Notes under the pieces: generated by a model | What the model was told of the DNA's origin: nothing | Database searches by the model: none | What the model saw: the letters and a program-made list of their open reading frames with translations, nothing else | Shown here: positions 17,897-27,151 of the stretch, one piece after another | How positions within the stretch are numbered: the first letter of the stretch is position 1 | Layout: each line of letters begins with the position of its first letter | Made by a program: the position numbers and the translations under genes | NCBI GenBank assembly: GCA_013815345.1 | Contig: JACDGK010000002.1 | Span: forward strand, 35,399 to 99,398 | Length of the DNA: 64,000 nt | From: Patescibacteria group bacterium | GTDB lineage: Bacteria; Patescibacteriota; Minisyncoccia; Phycocordibacterales; Phycocordibacteraceae | Reading direction: 5' to 3'

Positions 17897-18703
17897 ATGC
17901 CTGACGAACCTATCATCGATTCACCTGCGGGAGACAGTATGCCATCGCCCCATGACGCACGCGGGCAAGTGAGTCGTGAGGAGCGGCATCACGCCATGGG
18001 CCATCTTTTGAAAGGTGCTATCGAAGAAGGGAAGCACCAGGTACCTGCGGAACCAAATCCATTGGTTTCAAGACCAAGCCAACTCGAGTCGTGGCGCGTA
18101 TTCAAGATCATGTCTGAATTTGTAGAAGGCTTTGATCTCTTGCGACGCTATACGTTAGCTGCGACTTTTTTTGGTTCAGCACGTGAATCTTTCGACAGTA
18201 CTATTTATCAAGCGGCCACAGAGCTTGCCAGTCGCCTCGCCAAAGCAGGTTTTGCCATTATTACGGGGGGAAGCAGCGGGGTAATGCAGGCGGCAAATCG
18301 GGGTGCATACGAAGCTGGCGGTGCGTCTGTAGGTTTAAATATTCGATTGGAAGATAATCAAGCTACGAATAAATATGTAACGGATGGCATGACGTTCGAT
18401 CATTTTTTCATACGTAAAGTAATGCTTACCTTTGCGTCGGAAGTTTACATTTATTTTCCGGGAGGATTCGGTACGATGGATGAATTCTTCGAGATCGCAA
18501 CCCTCGTGCAGACTAAGAAAATACGACATGTGCCCATCGTTTTATTCGGGAAGGAATACTGGACTCCTATCGTGACTCTTTTCAAGGAGAAATTTTACGA
18601 AGAGTATCATGCCATTGATGAAGGTGATCTCGAACTCTATCATCTTGTTGATACGATCGACGAAGCATACGACTATATCATTCAAAATGTTCAAAAGAGA
18701 TAG
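17897..18703 (+). CDS. LOG family protein (TIGR00730-like)
   Basis: FFGSAR, TGGSSGVM, FFIRKVML, PGGFGTMDE. Confidence 0.93.
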   Translation: MPDEPIIDSPAGDSMPSPHDARGQVSREERHHAMGHLLKGAIEEGKHQVPAEPNPLVSRPSQLESWRVFKIMSEFVEGFDLLRRYTLAATFFGSARESFDSTIYQAATELASRLAKAGFAIITGGSSGVMQAANRGAYEAGGASVGLNIRLEDNQATNKYVTDGMTFDHFFIRKVMLTFASEVYIYFPGGFGTMDEFFEIATLVQTKKIRHVPIVLFGKEYWTPIVTLFKEKFYEEYHAIDEGDLELYHLVDTIDEAYDYIIQNVQKR

Positions 18704-18739
18704 TAAAGGAGCAGGGAAGCGAGGACGTATACGGGAATC

Positions 18740-18765
18740 TGAAATACTAAATTGAAATACTAAAT
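18740..18765. repeat. 13-bp direct tandem repeat, two copies
   Basis: tgaaatactaaat twice. Confidence 0.8.
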
Positions 18766-19202
18766 TATTGGGTCCCCCATCGACCGATTTCTACTTTTCG
18801 GGGAAGTGCTCCCTTTTTGATAGTTAGGCATAGTAAAAAGCGCAAGTAATTTTGCACCCATTGAAGCCAGCGGAAAGAATTATTTTGGGAGACCCAAACG
18901 GGGAAGAGAAGTGTCAAGGGAGATGGCCTAGGAGTAGCTGAGGGCTTTATTATAAGTACGTCGCACAATGTATCTTTTACGTCTACTATATAATACAGGC
19001 TGCTGGGGAGCTTGCAAACCACTTCCCTTACCAGAGTAAATAAATAGGAAGAATCTACTGGAATTCCCTGCACTATCTCTCTATCATTCCCCGTCTTGCA
19101 TACTACTTATAGATAATCTCGGATACCGAGATGTCCCCTTGACTCAGTAAGTGGGCCATATTTAATCTCGGAAGTGGTCTACGGTAAGTGATCGGGGAAG
19201 TG

Positions 19203-20114
19203 TCACTTACCTATCTCTACACCTTCTTCTGATTGGGGAACCAGTGAATTAAAGGCCACTGGTACGAAGAGAATTTTCGCTTCCCTGCCTAAAAGTATTG
19301 TTTCTCCGTCCAGAATAGCCGGTATTTCTTTTTCTGAAGAAACCGTAGCTTGTTTTACCTTTATGGAACTCACTCCGGGATCATCACGCCATTCTCCCAG
19401 AACAGCGCGTGAGGCGAGTCGCAGGACTTCTAGGGGGCCTTCAAGGTTAAAGATGACCACTTCAAGCGATCGCTCCTTATCCGCTAACACTGATGAAATA
19501 AGCGGACAGATAATACCAAGTGCCTCAGCGTTCTTTTTTTCGCCTGCATCCAACTCGTATGAAATATCTTTTCCAAAGGATTGCTGAAGCACCGAGACGC
19601 TTTGTTCGATAGCTTCACCCAGCGCTCCTTCTCGGACTGATTCACGAGCTTTGGCCCACAGGGATGGAGTGCCGAGTATTGCCGCAACGAAAAATCTTTT
19701 CTTTTCGATCTGACCGCAGGAAACCGATCTCAGAACGGGAACAGAAAGTATGGAGCGGAGAATGTCTTGCCACGAAACATCTCCATACAGAGCCTTAGGA
19801 AGCATGTTCATTGTCCCTCCTGGGAGAGGAATAAGAATAGGTCCCTTTTCGCTACATATTTCCGCGGCAGTTCGAATAGTGCCATCACCACCCAGAATAA
19901 TAAGAATATCTAGCTCACGATCGGTTGCCTGGGCAAACGCCTCATCCATTTCATTCGCTTCGCCGCACCATATGTGGGGAGTGATTATTCCCGCTTCTCG
20001 TAAAATCGTTTCCATTTCTTCACGCACATTCTCGTCGCAACTACCGCTTGAAGTGTTCAAGATGGCACCGACTTTTTTCAACCGCACATTGAAATTTTGC
20101 GCATCCCTAGTCAT
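19203..20114 (-). CDS. Diacylglycerol/lipid kinase family protein (YegS/BmrU-like)
   Basis: NTSSG, LGGDGT, LPGGTMN, LDGE. Confidence 0.9.
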   Translation of the reverse strand: MTRDAQNFNVRLKKVGAILNTSSGSCDENVREEMETILREAGIITPHIWCGEANEMDEAFAQATDRELDILIILGGDGTIRTAAEICSEKGPILIPLPGGTMNMLPKALYGDVSWQDILRSILSVPVLRSVSCGQIEKKRFFVAAILGTPSLWAKARESVREGALGEAIEQSVSVLQQSFGKDISYELDAGEKKNAEALGIICPLISSVLADKERSLEVVIFNLEGPLEVLRLASRAVLGEWRDDPGVSSIKVKQATVSSEKEIPAILDGETILLGREAKILFVPVAFNSLVPQSEEGVEIGK

Positions 20115-20186
20115 AGCTGCATAGATTGACGGTTGTAGATAAATTTCTTATCCTTTAATTTAGATTCTAGAGTAGGAAGGGAAAAA

Positions 20187-20459
20187 ATGACAGCCTCTCT
20201 GCAGAACACGCCGTTTGTTCGTCTTCCTAATGGGCTCGCCATAGTTGAAATTCTCTACTATTTGCCGGATAGACCTTTGCTTCTGGGACAGCCATTTACC
20301 TGGCAGACTCTCGATTATTTTCCCGAATTTCCTCGAGTGAGGATGTTCCTTGATTTTTGGGCAGCGAATATCGACGCGCCTATACGGGACATTTTACTCG
20401 CCCACCCCCTGCTGCCCAAGAAAACCGATATTCGGGAACTTCCCAAAGTTCTTCACTAA
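20187..20459 (+). CDS. Usg-family protein
   Basis: GLAIVEILYYLPDRP.LL..FTWQ..D.FPEFP....FLDFW...ID.PI..I..AH matches the Usg pattern. Confidence 0.75.
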   Translation: MTASLQNTPFVRLPNGLAIVEILYYLPDRPLLLGQPFTWQTLDYFPEFPRVRMFLDFWAANIDAPIRDILLAHPLLPKKTDIRELPKVLH

Positions 20460-20500
20460 ACCTCGAGTCAATCACTCTTTTCTGTAGGGTGATTTTTTAT

Positions 20501-21931
20501 TTATACTATTTCTTCTGCCCTCGAGCCTTTTGAATAGAGAGTCAGCGGTACTGATTGCCACGTGTCTATGATCTCAGTTACTACACGCCATTCAGCCATG
20601 ATTTCCTTCGTATTTGTAAAAAGGGTTTGATCGCCCTTGAGGCCATCATACAGAACTCGTTCATACGCATCATGCGACATCTCCATGTTCGTTTCGCGCG
20701 CATAGTTAAAAGAAAGCTCTTGCGGTTCAACGGACGAATGAAAGCCTGGACGTTTAAACCAGAATCTAAAACGTATTCCTTCATTTGGCTGTACGTCGAA
20801 GGTAAGAATATTTTGATGCCCTTCGGAATGTGATATCGCGCAATTGCATTTCGTAGTTCCTTTAAAATAAATGTGCAGAGATACACGAGCTTCGGCAACT
20901 GCTTTTCCGCTCTCAAGCTCGAAGGGAACTCCCTTCCACCGCTCATTATTTACCCCGAGAATGACTCGAAAGAAAGTTTCAGTCTGAGAATCAGGCCCAA
21001 CCTGAGATTCTTGAAGATATCCTTCGTATTGCCCTCGCACTACTCCCCCGCCCCTATCAGTCTTAAAGAGATGTGTTTGTTCAAGAACCGCAGCTCGTGC
21101 CGCACGAATAGTATCGGCACTCATATCCTTCGAAGGCTCCATAGCTAGAAGTGCGAGCATCTGCAGCATATGGTTCTGACCCACGTCTCGAAGCGCGCCT
21201 ATGCCGTCATAAAAACCGCCCCGTGTTCCCACCGTCTTACTTTCATGAAAGATGATGTGCACTCGCTCGATAGCTTTGTTATTCCAGAGCGATTCGAATA
21301 CATTGTTTGAAAATCGAAACGTGAGAATGTTTTGCACGGTTTCCTTCGCAAGATAATGATCGATACGGAATATCTGTGACTCGCCAAAAAGCTCCCCAAG
21401 CATTTCATCAAGTCGCTCAGCTTCCTCAATGTTTTTTCCAAAAGGTTTCTCTACCAGGATTCGTGTCCATCCGGTTGTATCCTGGGAACTTTTGGGAACA
21501 CACGGTATAGCAAGACCTGCTGTAGCGATATTTTGGAGAATGGTAGCGTAGAGCGAGGGCTGTGTTGCAAGATAAAAAAGCTTATTAGTACAGATTCCCT
21601 GTCGTTCATCTTCTTTCAACAATAGTTGGCCTAAATTTGTAAAATCCTCCTCGCTCTCGAGATTTCCCTGTACGTATCTAAAATGTTCCAGAAACTCTTC
21701 TACACTATTATTCTTATTGTTGATCGACAATCTGGGTGGGCTATTTTCAATCGCTTCGCGCGTAAGTACCCGAAACTCTTCATCCGTAAAAGGGCGCCGT
21801 GCGAATCCTATAATTAAAAAATCTTCAGGAAGAAGCCCTTCGCTATACAGGCGATAGAGTGACCGAGCGAGCTTCGTACGATAGAGGTCTCCCGTGACGC
21901 CGAAGATCGTTAAAATAAGGGGTTCTGTCAT
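20501..21931 (-). CDS. zwf: Glucose-6-phosphate 1-dehydrogenase
   Basis: IFGVTGDL, EKPFG, RIDHYLAKE, RDVGQNHMLQ. Confidence 0.97.
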   Translation of the reverse strand: MTEPLILTIFGVTGDLYRTKLARSLYRLYSEGLLPEDFLIIGFARRPFTDEEFRVLTREAIENSPPRLSINNKNNSVEEFLEHFRYVQGNLESEEDFTNLGQLLLKEDERQGICTNKLFYLATQPSLYATILQNIATAGLAIPCVPKSSQDTTGWTRILVEKPFGKNIEEAERLDEMLGELFGESQIFRIDHYLAKETVQNILTFRFSNNVFESLWNNKAIERVHIIFHESKTVGTRGGFYDGIGALRDVGQNHMLQMLALLAMEPSKDMSADTIRAARAAVLEQTHLFKTDRGGGVVRGQYEGYLQESQVGPDSQTETFFRVILGVNNERWKGVPFELESGKAVAEARVSLHIYFKGTTKCNCAISHSEGHQNILTFDVQPNEGIRFRFWFKRPGFHSSVEPQELSFNYARETNMEMSHDAYERVLYDGLKGDQTLFTNTKEIMAEWRVVTEIIDTWQSVPLTLYSKGSRAEEIV

Positions 21932-22057
21932 ACTAGGTTTTTCTCAAGTGTATCATTTGAGAGAAAGAAACTCGTGGAAGCTTGACTTTTTCGATACACT
22001 ATGGTATTTTAAGCATGGAAAAAGCCTTTTGGCGCTAACGATTGGACGGAGGTTACC

Positions 22058-22297
22058 ATGCACGTCACTGCCGATAATACGCCTTTGGTCCGCGCCTTGA
22101 AAAAAGGCATACGGATTCACGAGGGGGTCGATAGCGTCCTCAGCTACTGGCGCGGATTCTGGAACGCTTTCTTCCAGGAACCGATTGACTCCGATTTGGA
22201 CTCTGACTCCGAACGCTCGGGTGAGGAAGTCCGGGATCCCAATTTCGTGGATGACGATAGCGGATTGGAAGAAGTCATCCGAAATCGTTACTCCTAG
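22058..22297 (+). CDS. Small acidic hypothetical protein
   Basis: TTGACT-17-TATTTT promoter near 21982-22010, GGAGG RBS, hairpin at about 22319-22352. Confidence 0.55.
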   Translation: MHVTADNTPLVRALKKGIRIHEGVDSVLSYWRGFWNAFFQEPIDSDLDSDSERSGEEVRDPNFVDDDSGLEEVIRNRYS

Positions 22298-22352
22298 TGA
22301 TGCGAAATCTACCGCATCAAAGCCTCACGCCTAAAAACGTGAGGCCTTTCTT

Positions 22353-22601
22353 TTAAGCAGTATAGGGGCTTTGAATACCTGTTTCGGTTCCTGCAGTATC
22401 AATCTTTCCAAACTGAGTCTCATACTCTTTAACCTTTTCTGACCAGATCTCGACAATAGATTTCATGAGTTCGGGCGGTAACGCGAAACCGGAGATGTTT
22501 TGACCCGCTCGTAAAGCTATTACAAATTGATGTTTGCCGAAATTAATCTGTGCACCATTACAGAACAGCATTGGCAATGTATCGAAGTCAACGTTTTGCA
22601 T
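22353..22601 (-). CDS. DUF3467-like small protein
   Basis: FCNGAQI...FVI...LPPELMKSI...VKEYETQFGKI. Confidence 0.65.
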   Translation of the reverse strand: MQNVDFDTLPMLFCNGAQINFGKHQFVIALRAGQNISGFALPPELMKSIVEIWSEKVKEYETQFGKIDTAGTETGIQSPYTA

Positions 22602-22677
22602 AAAGGTGAGATAGTAGTAAAAGTACTGGTTCAGTATATAGGACGAGAATGCATTTCAACAACTCGGCTTTTTGTAA

Positions 22678-24207
22678 CTATGCGAATCCTGGAAAATAGT
22701 CCTTTTTAACATGACGCTTGGGAATCTTTAGTCGTGAGAGAAGATCACTATACGCGGTAACCATAGCTTGTGGGCCGGAAAGGTAAAATAGGCAATCTTG
22801 ATAATCAGGAATCTCCTTAGCAATAAGCTGTTCGCTTATAACTGAGGGAATTCCTTCGACTTTTGAGTCTCCAAGTGGTTGATTCGTAAGTATTGGGAGT
22901 GTTACTAACCCAAGTTCCCTCTCCGCCTGAGTAATAAGAGGCATATAGGCAATGTCGCTCATAGTATTGTTTGAATACAATAATGTAATATCACGCCTAT
23001 CGTTGGTATCGAGAAGGTGCTGAAGCATACTTCGAAATGGAGTAATGCCGATACCTCCGGCAATAAATACCAGCTTCTTTTTTTTATCTGACGGTAGAAC
23101 AAAATCTCCTGCAAGCTGCGAAGCAACGAGAGTCTCGCCCATCTTCATTGAAAGTAGCGTTCTTTTAAAACTGCTCATTGGCTGATAAAACTTTACGCCG
23201 ACACGGAAATCAGAATCGGTTGGTGAAGAAGCAATAGTAAAGTAACGACGAATGCCCCGACTATCAGCGTTAGAATGCGCAAGTGTGTATTCAAGGTATT
23301 GTCCAGGGCTAAACGATAGTTTTCGATTTGAGCTAAATACGAATTCATAGGTGTTTTCAGCAATTTGGAGACGATCTTTAAGCGTAAGAAATAATTTCAC
23401 TTTAGGGCTCACCACATATACGAAAAGGTTTCCTGCAAGAAGTGCTAGCTCAGGCGTAAAGTAAAAAGAGCCGATATGTACTTCCGGTGCAAAAAGAAAT
23501 CCAACTATGATCGCGTAGTAGAAGCGGAGAAAGCGAGTCGATGGTGTGGTGAACGGCTCGGTAAGCATAACGGTTCCCAGAAATACTGCCGGTGTGTATA
23601 GGAGCGATGCTTGAACTATATGAAAAGCACCCGTACCTTCCCCACTGCTCAGTATCAGAATTGTCGCAACAAGTGCCACACCAAACACAATCACCATACC
23701 CACTCGTCGTATTTTATGAGCAATAAGAAATCCTCCTACAGCGACAAAAGGCAGCATCCACAACGTGCCGATCCACCACGTAGCTGATTGGTTGAGGAAA
23801 AGCGCGGTAACGGCTACTCCCAAGGCAGCGGGATTACACAAATGTTTCTGCCCGATAGCAAAGATATATTTTGACGCTATTGACCATGCAGCTGCCCATC
23901 CGGCGAGTGCGAGGAAATTAAAATCGTTAAATGCATGTGGTGGTGCAATAATGAGTACGAGGATAAGGGCAGTAATATAGGTTGATTCTGGATTGCTCGG
24001 TGCATCATAAAAATAAGCAAACGCTCTATTTACTATCCAAGCAATTGCAAAAATAATTACAACGGAATATCCGATATACAAAGGATCGTATGGTACGAGA
24101 TGGAAGAATCCGAGTATGCCGGCAACGAGTATAAGAAAAATAAGCTCGTAGAGTACGAGCCGGTACATGGTTATCTTGTTTAGAATGGCATCAAGCGGCC
24201 GCATCAT
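22678..24207 (-). CDS. RnfD/NqrB-like membrane domain fused to an FNR-type FAD/NAD(P)-binding oxidoreductase
   Basis: About 10 TMs with KHLCNPAA and MLTEPFTTP; C-terminal RRYFTIASSP, IAGGIGITPF, YLSGPQAM. Confidence 0.88.
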   Translation of the reverse strand: MMRPLDAILNKITMYRLVLYELIFLILVAGILGFFHLVPYDPLYIGYSVVIIFAIAWIVNRAFAYFYDAPSNPESTYITALILVLIIAPPHAFNDFNFLALAGWAAAWSIASKYIFAIGQKHLCNPAALGVAVTALFLNQSATWWIGTLWMLPFVAVGGFLIAHKIRRVGMVIVFGVALVATILILSSGEGTGAFHIVQASLLYTPAVFLGTVMLTEPFTTPSTRFLRFYYAIIVGFLFAPEVHIGSFYFTPELALLAGNLFVYVVSPKVKLFLTLKDRLQIAENTYEFVFSSNRKLSFSPGQYLEYTLAHSNADSRGIRRYFTIASSPTDSDFRVGVKFYQPMSSFKRTLLSMKMGETLVASQLAGDFVLPSDKKKKLVFIAGGIGITPFRSMLQHLLDTNDRRDITLLYSNNTMSDIAYMPLITQAERELGLVTLPILTNQPLGDSKVEGIPSVISEQLIAKEIPDYQDCLFYLSGPQAMVTAYSDLLSRLKIPKRHVKKDYFPGFA

Positions 24208-24962
24208 ACCTTTGTATAGCTTTTCGTATACTTTTCCAAACCAGTGGTCATAGTAGCGATTCCGTTTGCATCGATCGCATATCCTTCAAAATCATCCTGG
24301 TGTTCTAAAAAATAAAGACCTTCCTTTTCCATTGCAAATGCCGCAGTTGCAAAACGATCCGCCTCATATACGTTCGGACCGATAACGGTAAGGCTTACAA
24401 AATCATTCGGAACCTGTGTAGGGAAAAGAGGATTATATACGTGATTCCCGCGAATATAATTTCCTGAAGTAGCAACTCCTTTTTCGTGCGGATAGAGCAC
24501 CTTCACGATCTCCGCATGATTGAAAGGATTGCGTATACCGATACTCCACTCTTCCCCTTCCCCATTTCTGCCACTTGTTTGAATATCACCGGCGATCTCG
24601 AGATAAAAATGAGCATGTCCCCCGTCTCGTAAAAGCTTCGCAGCGTTATTGATTGCCCAACCTTTTACTATGCCGGAAGGATCGAGCTGGCCACCAGGCG
24701 TATGAATATCGAAGTATCCTCCCGTTTCCTCTCGCGTTTGCTCCGCAAGTCTCAGTACCTCACTCATTTCATCGCTATAGGTAACTGACGCAACTACCCC
24801 TTTATTTATTTCTGAAATCTCACTCTCACTTTTGTACGTGCTAAATCGATCATCTATTGAAATAAAATAATTGAAAATTCTATCGATAATAACTTGAGTG
24901 TCTGTGCCATCAACAATCTCAAGTATTACTGGCATGCCCATGATGGAACGGGTGTGATGCAT
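24204..24962 (-). CDS. apbE: FAD:protein FMN transferase
   Basis: FSTYKSESEISEIN, LDPSGIVKGWA, VATSGNY.RGNH, ADRFATA. Confidence 0.92.
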   Translation of the reverse strand: MHHTRSIMGMPVILEIVDGTDTQVIIDRIFNYFISIDDRFSTYKSESEISEINKGVVASVTYSDEMSEVLRLAEQTREETGGYFDIHTPGGQLDPSGIVKGWAINNAAKLLRDGGHAHFYLEIAGDIQTSGRNGEGEEWSIGIRNPFNHAEIVKVLYPHEKGVATSGNYIRGNHVYNPLFPTQVPNDFVSLTVIGPNVYEADRFATAAFAMEKEGLYFLEHQDDFEGYAIDANGIATMTTGLEKYTKSYTKV

Positions 24963-24964
24963 GG

Positions 24965-25471
24965 CTATGCTTTTGCACGCGCAAGCGCTACGGCAAGGGA
25001 TTCTTCGAACGCAGTGCTTGAATCCGAAGCTCCCGAAACTCCGTTCACGTGAGCACTTTGTGCTTGTATTGCTTCAGAACGCAAGATTGGCATGGCTTGG
25101 CGATTGATAGAGATGGAAGTTCCTCGATCGTTTGGATATTGTAGGAATGTTACATCCGTTAACTTTCCGCCTGAGATAACCGCACTGACCTGAATGTTGC
25201 CATAGTACGCATCAGCAACACTACCGATATAGGAGCCATCCACATACTGTCCTATCGATTTTTTGGGAACACTAGGGGCGACGGGCTTGACGACAACCGG
25301 AGATCGAGTCGTGCTACTGCTCTCAGGAGAAGTTATTGGAGTTGGGGTTATTGAATTGTTCTGCGTAATGGTCGACGAAGTGTTCGCTGTAGCGGCAGTG
25401 GTCAAGTGTGTATAAAAAAAATACGCTCCAAATCCGAAAAGAAATATGCTTGAAATAAAGGTTTTTTTCAT
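24965..25471 (-). CDS. Membrane-anchored FMN-binding domain protein
   Basis: N-terminal TM, Ser/Thr/Pro linker, GQYVDGSYIG, YGNIQV, flavinylation motif VSGAS. Confidence 0.9.
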   Translation of the reverse strand: MKKTFISSIFLFGFGAYFFYTHLTTAATANTSSTITQNNSITPTPITSPESSSTTRSPVVVKPVAPSVPKKSIGQYVDGSYIGSVADAYYGNIQVSAVISGGKLTDVTFLQYPNDRGTSISINRQAMPILRSEAIQAQSAHVNGVSGASDSSTAFEESLAVALARAKA

Positions 25472-25570
25472 GAAGAATACGCGGTAAACAAAGAAGACTA
25501 CGATTTATAGTTACTACGTCCCGAGATGAGTTATTGTTTCATCTAGCCTGTAAATATTCTGTAAGGTAGA

Positions 25571-25771
25571 TTAGTGCTTCACGATTGCGATAAGAGGTGC
25601 GAGCAGGGCTTGTATGATACTTACGATAAAATTCCACACTGCAAGTACGATTTGCCAGACAAAACCAAAGTTAGCTTGCGTAAGAGGTGCGTGGAAGAGA
25701 CTCTGAATAGAAATGCCAAAGAAAGAAAGAAACAACACAATAATAATCGTCCAGAAAATGATTTTTAGCAT
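25571..25771 (-). CDS. Small integral membrane protein
   Basis: MLKIIFW...LSFFGISIQ...NFGFVW; two hydrophobic segments. Confidence 0.65.
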   Translation of the reverse strand: MLKIIFWTIIIVLFLSFFGISIQSLFHAPLTQANFGFVWQIVLAVWNFIVSIIQALLAPLIAIVKH

Positions 25772-25807
25772 ACGCGTAGAATGTTTTGATAATATCACTA
25801 TGCAAAA

Positions 25808-27151
25808 CTAAAGGTATGATAACGGATTAAGATAGGCGTTTTTCGGAGACACGGGCATGGTAGCGTTGGCACATGGCGAAGTTGCTCCGCGGAATTGTTT
25901 TAAGGTCAGGATTTGCACACCGGCACTTGCATACACGCCGAAATGAAGGTGGGGTCCGGTCGCGTAGCCGGTCATGCCTGAATAACCAATAACCGTTCCG
26001 TTCGTGACTGCTTGCCCTTGGGTCGCCGAGATCTGTGAAAGATGGGCATACAGCGTATCGAGCCCGTTGGAATGTTTGATCATTACCCATTTTCCGAATG
26101 AAAAGCATCCCGGGACCAAATCCGTGTTCCCTGTTGCGAGTACCGTACCCGAAAGGGCTGCTTGTACCGGTGTGCCGATCGGTACACCGAAATCAACGCC
26201 ATTATGTCCCAAGCCGTTGTATACCGAAGCATTTGCGGTCGCAAATGCCGTATTGCCGAAGTATTGAGTAATACAATTCACATTCCCGAGCGCCCCCTGC
26301 TTACTCACGCAGTTTGCCATTATTGCGTCAGAGAATGGCCACGCGAGAATACCAGAACCCGCGTGAGGAATCTGCGAAGAAGAAACACCTTTCAAGCTGT
26401 TTTCCAATTGCGATAGCTCGCTTTGAAAGGCTGCCTCCTGTGCTTTCTTTTGGGCGATCAATTTTTGATAGCTACTCTCTTGTGAATTTGTTTGGGCAAG
26501 GAGCTGCTGCTTTGTCTTGGTCGTTGCGTCAATTTGTCCTTTTTGTGTCGTAAGGTCAGTGCTCAAACCCGTGAGCTGTCCTTTCGTTGTGGAAACGCTA
26601 GTCTGCTGGTCTGCCAACGCGTGTTCATCGCCCGCAAGCAGATTTGCATTGGTTGCAAGAGCCTCATTCAATTGGGCAATGGTGTTCGTATCTTTCCATG
26701 CCTCAGTAAGCGTTTCAGAAGAAACAACGGCAGCGATGATCGGAAGATTATCCGCAGTGGCGATCTGGCGAAGCGAAGCCGCCAAACTTTGTCGGTCTAG
26801 ATCTATCGCTTGTTGTTTGGTAGTAATCTGAGAGCCGAGTCGTTGAAGCTGAAGGTTCGCAGCAACAATCTGGCTTTGGGTAAGGGAGAGTTGCGCGGCT
26901 GTTTTTTGGCGGGTCAGGTCGAGCGATTTAATACTTGATTGCAGTGTTTGCTTTTGACCCCCCAAGGTAGTGATCTGCGTTTGATAGCCCGCAATTTCTT
27001 GTTGCAGTGCCGTTATCTGTTGGTTATGAGCAGTGATCTGTGCTTGAATATCCGCGCTCGAAGCAGTGTCTCCGAAAGAAGATCCAGGTGAAAGAAATAG
27101 CGCCGCGGCAGCTACCGTACCTATCAGAAACAAAGGAGCTATAAACCTCAT
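25808..27151 (-). CDS. Coiled-coil M23 family peptidase (EnvC/MepM-like architecture)
   Basis: Signal peptide, long Gln-rich coiled coil, HNGVD, YAHLS, TGPHLHF. Confidence 0.9.
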   Translation of the reverse strand: MRFIAPLFLIGTVAAAALFLSPGSSFGDTASSADIQAQITAHNQQITALQQEIAGYQTQITTLGGQKQTLQSSIKSLDLTRQKTAAQLSLTQSQIVAANLQLQRLGSQITTKQQAIDLDRQSLAASLRQIATADNLPIIAAVVSSETLTEAWKDTNTIAQLNEALATNANLLAGDEHALADQQTSVSTTKGQLTGLSTDLTTQKGQIDATTKTKQQLLAQTNSQESSYQKLIAQKKAQEAAFQSELSQLENSLKGVSSSQIPHAGSGILAWPFSDAIMANCVSKQGALGNVNCITQYFGNTAFATANASVYNGLGHNGVDFGVPIGTPVQAALSGTVLATGNTDLVPGCFSFGKWVMIKHSNGLDTLYAHLSQISATQGQAVTNGTVIGYSGMTGYATGPHLHFGVYASAGVQILTLKQFRGATSPCANATMPVSPKNAYLNPLSYL

